This document shows, one piece after another, positions 57,401 to 64,000 of a stretch of DNA of 64,000 nucleotides. Positions within the stretch are counted from its first letter, which is position 1. Each line of letters begins with the position of its first letter. Origin of the DNA: Macrostomum lignano (taxonomy: Eukaryota); the NCBI GenBank assembly GCA_002269645.1, contig NIVC01001095.1, positions 186,001 to 250,000 of the forward strand, given 5' to 3'. The notes beneath the pieces are model-generated. The model had not been told where the DNA came from. It made no database searches and worked only from the letters and a program-made list of their open reading frames with translations. A program made the translations under genes and the position numbers.

Positions 57401-58213
57401 TCGCCATCATTTCAAGAATTTCCATCATTCCAAGAATTGCCATCATTCCAAGAATCGCAATCATTTCAAGAATCGCCATCATTTCAAGAATCGCTATCAT
57501 TCCAAGAATCGCCATCATTCCAAGAATCGCCATCATTCCAAGAATCGCCATCATTCCAAGAATCGCCATCATTCCAAGAATCGCCATCATTCCAAGAATC
57601 GCCATCATTCCAAGAATCGCCATCATTCCAAGAATCGCCATCATTCCAAGAATCGCCATCATTCCAAGAATCGCCATCATTCCAATAATCGCCATCATTC
57701 CAAGAATCGCCATCATTCCAAGAATCGCCATCATTCCAAGAATCGCCATCATTCCAAGAATCGCCATCATTCCAAGAATCGCCATCATTCCAAGAATCGC
57801 CATCATTCCAAGAATCGCCATCATTCCAAGAATCGCCATCATTCCAAGAATCGCCATCATTCCAATAATCGCCATCATTCCAAGAATCGCCATCATTCCA
57901 AGAATCGCCATCATTCCAAGAATCGCCATCATTCCAAGAATCGCCATCATTCCAAGAATCGCCATCATTTCAAGAATCGCCATCATTTCAAGAATTTCCA
58001 TCATTCCAAGAATCGCCATCATTCCAAGAATCGCCATCATTTCAAGAATCGCCATCATTCCAAGAATCGCATCATTTCAAGAATCGCCATCATTCCAAGA
58101 ATCGCTATCATTCCAATAATCGCCATCATTCCAAGAATCGCCATCATTCCAAGAATCGCCATCATTCCAAGAATCGCTATCATTCCAATAATCGCCATCA
58201 TTCCAAGAATCGA
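54455..58213. repeat. 18-bp satellite (attccaagaatcgccatc), ~200 copies with higher-order duplications
   Basis: Read directly; a diagnostic variant block recurs near 54812, 55602 and 56862. Confidence 0.98.
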
Positions 58214-58713
58214 CCATGTATAAAGAATCCTCTTTGCTTCCAAGAATCTCTATAGCTATTTCAAGAAACGCAGTATCATATTCAATCGAATGACTTTGAT
58301 AGAAATGAAACCGAAGCACTTGAGCATGAAACTCAAAGAGCTTTCAACCCTCCAGTGCAGTCATGGATGAAGAATCTATCAGTTTCTGAAGCGCCATTAC
58401 AGAAGCTGGGCTGATCAAAATCACACAGCAATGCTAGTTCCTGAATTATTCTTTGTCTACTTTAAAGGAAGTTCAGATTATGGGATTTGGGATCACAGGC
58501 AATCCGGTGCAGCTGGCTTGTGTCGTTCTAACCCCTTTCCCCTTCCTCTAAAAATTTATCCCATTTTTCCCATTTATAGCAGCAGAGCATGCAGGCGAAA
58601 GGTAATGTTTGATGAGCAATCTGCTGTATGCATGACCAACATGCAGCAGCAGGCAGGTTTTGGGGCGTCCGGTGTTGTCGAGTAGTTTCTTTTAGAAGCT
58701 AAAGAGGACCTGC

Positions 58714-59032
58714 GTGACAGTCGCGCCAACCCGTGTTACACTGGCGCCAACCTGTGTGACAGTGGCGCCAACCTGTGTGACAGTGGCGCCAACCTGTGCG
58801 ACATTGGCGCCAACCTGTGTGACATTGGCGCCAACCTGTGCGACAGTGGCGCCAACCCGTGTGACAGTGGCGCCAAACCTGTGTGACATTGGCGCCAACC
58901 CGTTTGACACTGGAGCCAACCCGTGTGACACTGGCGCCAACCTGTGTAGCACTGGCGTCAACCCGTGTGACACTGGAGCCTACCCGTGTGACATTGGCGC
59001 CAACCTGTGTGACACTGGCGCCAACCTGTGTG
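58714..59032. repeat. 21-bp minisatellite (gtgacagtggcgccaacctgt)
   Basis: Read directly. Confidence 0.92.
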
Positions 59033-59488
59033 ATGACCACAAGGCGCTGAGAATGTAAATGTACATGCCGGACGAAGGAGATATTCATGCCTGCTGTACA
59101 CCCTGTGTGAGAGTGTGACTGCTCAGGGGATCAAAGGAGTGAAGCCGTTATACTTTAAGCTATAGCCTATAGTCGTACTTAAAGTACATTTTGTACTGCA
59201 CCTCTGAACCTAGAAAATTTGGGAAGTAATTTCGGTGGTAATCCCCAAACAGCTTAGGCTTAGTTAATTAGGTGCTGCTTCGTTATTGCCAAAGTGAAGA
59301 GCAGTGCTTCACTTATGGTGTCCCAATCAAGCAGACAAAAACAGCATTCTGCTGATTATCTGCTCTTGTCTGTCATTTGATTCGCAAGATAGAGTGCACA
59401 TTGACATGTGTAAATTGATGCGATCATTCACGCGAACATATTGACTGCATGGGTAGAGTACCGACTAAGTCTGTTAAATTATGAGTTC

Positions 59489-60270
59489 TTGGTAGCTGAG
59501 CTGGTTGGTAACTGCATGTATTGGTAGCTGAGTGTGTTGGTAGCTGAGTGTGTTGGTAGCTGAGTGTGTTGGTAGCTGAGTGTGTTGGCAGCTGAGTGTG
59601 TTGGTAGCTGAGTGTGTTGGTAGCTGAGCTGGTTGGTAGCTGAGCTGGTTGGTAGCTGAGCTGGTTGGTAGCTGAGTGTGTTGGTAGCTGAGCTGGTTGG
59701 TAGCTGAGCTGGTTGGTAGCTGAGCTGGTTGATAACTGAGCTGGTTGGTAGCTGAGCTGGTTGGTAGCTGAGCTGGTTGGTAGCTGAGCTGGTTGGTAGC
59801 TGAGCTGGTTGATAACTGAGCTGGTTGGTAGCTGAGCTGGTTGATAGCTGAGCTGGTTGGTAGCTGAGCTGGTTGGTTGCTGAGCTGGTTGGTAGCTGAG
59901 CTGGTTGGTAGCTGAGTGTGTTGGTAGCTGAGCTGGTTGGTAGCTGAGCTGGTTGGTAGCTGAGCTGGTTGATAGCTGAGCTGGTTGGTAGCTGAGTGTT
60001 GGTAGCTGAGCTGGTTGATAGCTGAGCTGGTTGATAGCTGAGCTGGTTGGTAGCTGAGCTGGTTGGTTGCTGAGCTGGTTGGTAGCTGAGCTGGTTGGTA
60101 GCTGAGTGTGTTGGTAGCTGAGCTGGTTGATAGCTGAGCTGGTTGATAGCTGAGCTGGTTGGTAGCTGAGCTGGTTGGTAGCTGAGCTGGTTGATAGCTG
60201 AGCTGGTTGGTAGCTGAGCTGGTTGGTAGCTGAGCTGGTTGAAAGCTGAGCTGGTTGGTTGCTGAGCTAG
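59489..60270. repeat. 15/16-bp minisatellite (ggtagctgagctggtt / ggtagctgagtgtgtt)
   Basis: Read directly. Confidence 0.95.
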
Positions 60271-60659
60271 TTGGTGGGAGTATTAAATGCAATTCAGTCA
60301 GTTTCACGAGTTATGACATAGGGAAAATGAAAAAGCTCTAATATCATTAGCCGCGGCATAAATTGCCTCCAGGCCAGACGCCGGGGGCCATTTCCATCTG
60401 ACCTCGCCGCGGGTATCAGGCGTGATTCCCAGCGCTTTTTAATAATTGAAGAGGCGTTTTGGCCCGTGAGCTTCTGGATTCTGTCTCCCTGTCTATCTGT
60501 GAGTCGGATGCATTCATTATGCAAGCACAGCACGTCCAGTGTCGCCTGCTGCGTGGGATGCTACAGAAATTGCTCTCGCATCTCTGCATCCGTGGAGCTC
60601 TGAATAAAAACATCTGTAGCGGCTGAGATCTGTAGCTGAGGTGGAAATTTGTAGCTTAA

Positions 60660-61097
60660 GTGAAACCCGGTGCCTGAAGTGGAAACCGGTGTCTGAAGTG
60701 AAAACCGGTGACTGAAGTGGAAACCGGTGCCTGAAGTGGAAACAAGTGCCTGAAGTGGAAACCGGTGCCTGAAGTGGAAACAAGTGCCTGAAGTGGAAAC
60801 CGGTGCCTGAAGTGGAAACCGGTGCCTGAAGTGGAAACCGGTGTCTGAAGTGGAAACCGGTGCCTGAAGTGGAAACAAGTGCCTGAAGTGGAAACCGGTG
60901 CCTGAAGTGGAAACAAGTGCCTGAAGTGGAAACCGGTGCCTGAAGTGGAAACCGGTGCCTGAAGTGGAAACCGGTGCCTGAAGTGGAAACCGGTGCCTGA
61001 AGTGGAAACAAGTGCCTGAAGTGGAAACCGGTGCCTGAAGTGGAAACCGGTGCCTGAAGTGGAAACAAGTGCCTGAAGTGGAAACCGGTGCCTGAAG
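60660..61097. repeat. 19-bp minisatellite (cctgaagtggaaaccggtg / ..aacaagtg)
   Basis: Read directly. Confidence 0.95.
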
Positions 61098-61505
61098 GTC
61101 GAACTCATATTAAAAAGTCACTCTTCAATTCCAGATTCCTTTTTTTTCTATAGAAGTGCCCCCGCCCAATAACCGGTTGTGTAGCCTCATCCCATCTATC
61201 TGCAGTCTTCCCCTACTACACACGGACTCTCAACCAATCAGAGACACCTAAGAGAAGGGAGGAAACATGCAGGGGAGAAAAACTACAGACAGTCCTTATA
61301 ACACAGGGCCGGCCCAGCAGTGCAGGGAGTCCACTAGCTTGACAACAGCTGCTCAGGATTGTCGCATCATAAAAAAAAGAAGAAGATCAAACAGACCGCC
61401 CAAGTGCTATCGGATAAGCTGCAATAAGTCTGCAACAGCTGTGTAGGCCATGAGCGCGGGGTTGTCGGCGGCAGCTCTGGCGCCGTCTTCACCGACGAGG
61501 GCCTC

Positions 61506-62672
61506 GTGCCGCTGCCCATCATCAGCCTGGCGGTGTCGCTGATCGCCCTGGGCATTCACTGGGGCCTGGCAGCCTGCATCCCGGAGATGCGGGCTCTGTA
61601 TGGCCGCTACGTGATGACCCTGCTGACTGTGCACCTGGTTGGCAACTTCCTGCAGCTTCTGGCCGGAGGCATCGAGCGGCTGCGAGATCAGTCTGCGTCG
61701 CCCATCGCTCTGGGGCTGAGTGGCGCCGGCGCGCACCTGTGCCAGCTGTTCGCAGCCGCCTTCAGCCTGGCCTCTGCGCTCACTCTGTGGCGCGAGGAGC
61801 GGCGCCAGGCGAGGCGCCAGGCTCTCATCCGGGTGTTGAGCTGTCGGAGATTCGTCCGCTGTCTGGCGCTGTGCGGCCTGCTCGCCGGCCTGCTGGTGGG
61901 GCTCGGCCTGTTCGCCACGGTGTACAGCAGCGGCCAGTCCGCTCGGAGCCATGGAAACTGGAGCGCTCGAGTCAGCAACGCCACGATCGCTTCTTCCCGA
62001 GTCTGGTCGCTGCTGAGCAGCCTGGATCCCGGCTATGCTCGGGTCAGCCTGATCTTCGTGTACCGCGACAGGAACTGCTCGTCTAAATCCGGCCCGGTGA
62101 TCGGCGCGTACACCTGCCTGCTGGCCAGCCCGGCGCTACTGCTGTACGCCCTGCACCTGTGGCCGCTGCTGCAGCTCAGTCGAATAGTCGACTCAATGGT
62201 TGAAGAGCGTCGACTGTCGAATCGAACCCGGGCCTCAATTAATAGTTTTCTACTGTTGAGCAAATTCGCCGTCTCAAGCGGAATTGTATGGCTGAGCGCT
62301 CTGCTGGGCCTGCTGCTCAACCCCGCCTGCGACGGGCTCAGCCTGTGGTACGCGCACTACATGCTGCACGCGCTGCAGTCGATCTTCCTCTGCATCAGCT
62401 GCCTGTTCGCCAGGGCGCCAATCGAGATTCTGATGCGCCGGTTTGCTAGAAAGCGCGACGAAGCCAAGCTGGAGTCGGGCCTGAGCCTGCTGGCCGCCGT
62501 GATGCACTCGAAGCGGAAGAACAAGTCCATAAGGCGGGGCGGCGGGTCTGCTTCTAGCCGGTGGCAGTCGCAGCAGCAGCGGCGACAGACCGATGAGTCA
62601 CCGGGGGCGGGGGCAGCAGGGGATGATGCTTCGATGGCTGAGATCGACGAAAACTTGACCTCAGCGGTTTAA
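61506..62672 (+). CDS. Methuselah-like / class B-type 7TM receptor, transmembrane exon (frame open from 61428)
   Basis: SLIALGIHW..IPEMRALYGRYVM resembles Mth-like TM1-ICL1 (PELRNLHGK). GIVWLS..LWYAHYMLHALQSIFL resembles TM6-TM7 (GITW..LNSLQGVFIF). Basic C-terminal tail. Confidence 0.78.
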   Translation: MPLPIISLAVSLIALGIHWGLAACIPEMRALYGRYVMTLLTVHLVGNFLQLLAGGIERLRDQSASPIALGLSGAGAHLCQLFAAAFSLASALTLWREERRQARRQALIRVLSCRRFVRCLALCGLLAGLLVGLGLFATVYSSGQSARSHGNWSARVSNATIASSRVWSLLSSLDPGYARVSLIFVYRDRNCSSKSGPVIGAYTCLLASPALLLYALHLWPLLQLSRIVDSMVEERRLSNRTRASINSFLLLSKFAVSSGIVWLSALLGLLLNPACDGLSLWYAHYMLHALQSIFLCISCLFARAPIEILMRRFARKRDEAKLESGLSLLAAVMHSKRKNKSIRRGGGSASSRWQSQQQRRQTDESPGAGAAGDDASMAEIDENLTSAV

Positions 62673-63267
62673 AAGGAGTTTTTGACTACAAATCTTTACC
62701 CAAAACAGTCAACCCGGGAAAAATGTACATTTATTGGAGTTCCAGCTTGTAAGGTTGTTAGACTGCAAGAAAGCTCCAGATAACCAACCCATGTTGTGTA
62801 CACAGTAGAATTCCAGGAAAATGTTCATTAAAAATGTAAGAAGAGGTTGGCTTATTATTCTACTTCTCAAAGGTATTTTCACAAAGATCGATTGTTTCAC
62901 TTCCACAGCTTGTCATAAAGCTTGTCCGGTCATTTCTCTGGGAGAACCCAGTTTCTAATTATAGATACATGTACACAGTGGTATTTCCGGCCAATGTACA
63001 TAGAGGGAGAGAAGTTTAACTAAAGAAAACCCTCCTTGATTTTTAGTTTTCTAATTATAGACTCATGTACACACGGGGAATCTGGTCAATGTACACTGAA
63101 GGAAGAGGATTTAGAATCAAAACAAGGAAAAACAACTTTTTTCATCACACGATCATTGCTCGTAGTAGACTACTGATATAAATCGATAAGCACATTAGTA
63201 GCAGTAAAAAGGCTGAATAGCTAGCTAATAGCACAATTTATTCTCATTCGCGTGCCAACAGATATGA

Positions 63268-63485
<218 letters not shown>

Positions 63486-64000
63486 TTAACTATGTAATAT
63501 CTTCAAGCACCAGTGCTCTGCCCCGTACTTACATAATACTAATTTTGTCTCCCGGCATTGCCCATCCCGGATGTATGAAGCCACTACTCTTTCCTCATCT
63601 CCTCCCACCCCGGCCTCAGTGGCAGTGCCAGCCCCCAGCGCTCAGGTGCACGGAACCCAGCAGTGCTGTCTCTGTCTCACCCAGTTACTTCCGCGTCTTT
63701 TCTCTCTTCGCGTCTCAAGCGGCAGGCGGAGTCACTCAGCCGGGAGAATGGATGATGCGGGAAAGTTACAGACGGAGGTAAAACATGCCTAGCTGTATCT
63801 TGGCTTCAGTGTCTTCTATAGTAGCAGCAACTGAGCCCGAGGCCCTCACTAGTTTTCATCTCTATTCAGCGCTGCAGCTAAGAGCTTCTCAAGTCCAGAG
63901 CAGAGCGTTCTTTGAGAATCATTTTCTGTCCTTAAAAAGTATTCGTTCGAGTAGACTCAGAATTGCATTAGCTGACGAAAAAAAAACTGCTCAAGGTGTC

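Noticed and set aside
54348-58223. Very long ORFs (1186, 939, 882 aa) as bona fide genes
   Set aside because: They follow from an 18-bp period lacking stops, occur on both strands and switch frame at 17-bp units. Not annotated as CDS; kept only as a hypothesis.
60294-60620. GC-richer stretch as a GPCR ectodomain exon or separate gene
   Set aside because: No frame with both consistent splice sites and recognisable motifs.
63545-63792. Short ORFs near the window end
   Set aside because: No motif or splice support; may belong to a gene outside the window.

Overview
Eukaryotic (metazoan) genomic DNA with GT-AG introns, GC-rich exons, AT-rich spacers, TTAGGG repeats and about 20 different mini/microsatellite arrays. 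The style suggests a free-living flatworm such as Macrostomum, but that is inference only. Host genes on the minus strand are a partial unidentified two-exon gene, ChaC-family gamma-glutamylcyclotransferase (3 exons), MRPS30/mL65 (4 exons) and FAM76 (5' exon not found). On the plus strand are two tandem TMEM216/TMEM80-like genes and a Methuselah-like 7TM receptor exon. The main result is a 19.6-kb nested structure at 25267-44851. It is a Foldback/Mutator-like element with long asymmetric terminal inverted repeats built from 186-bp subrepeats and a 9-11-bp target-site duplication. It has no transposase but appears to carry a spliced three-exon gene for a ~242-aa secreted protein. A full-length LOA/R1-group non-LTR retrotransposon (16-bp TSD) sits in its left TIR, and a very young Ty3/Gypsy element (1.13-kb LTRs, 4-bp TSD) sits in the cargo gene's second intron. 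Also present are hAT-type MITEs (one a tandem dimer with three TSD copies), a mariner remnant, a long-TIR MITE and an interstitial telomeric tract. All coordinates and translations were worked out by hand; no database searches were run.
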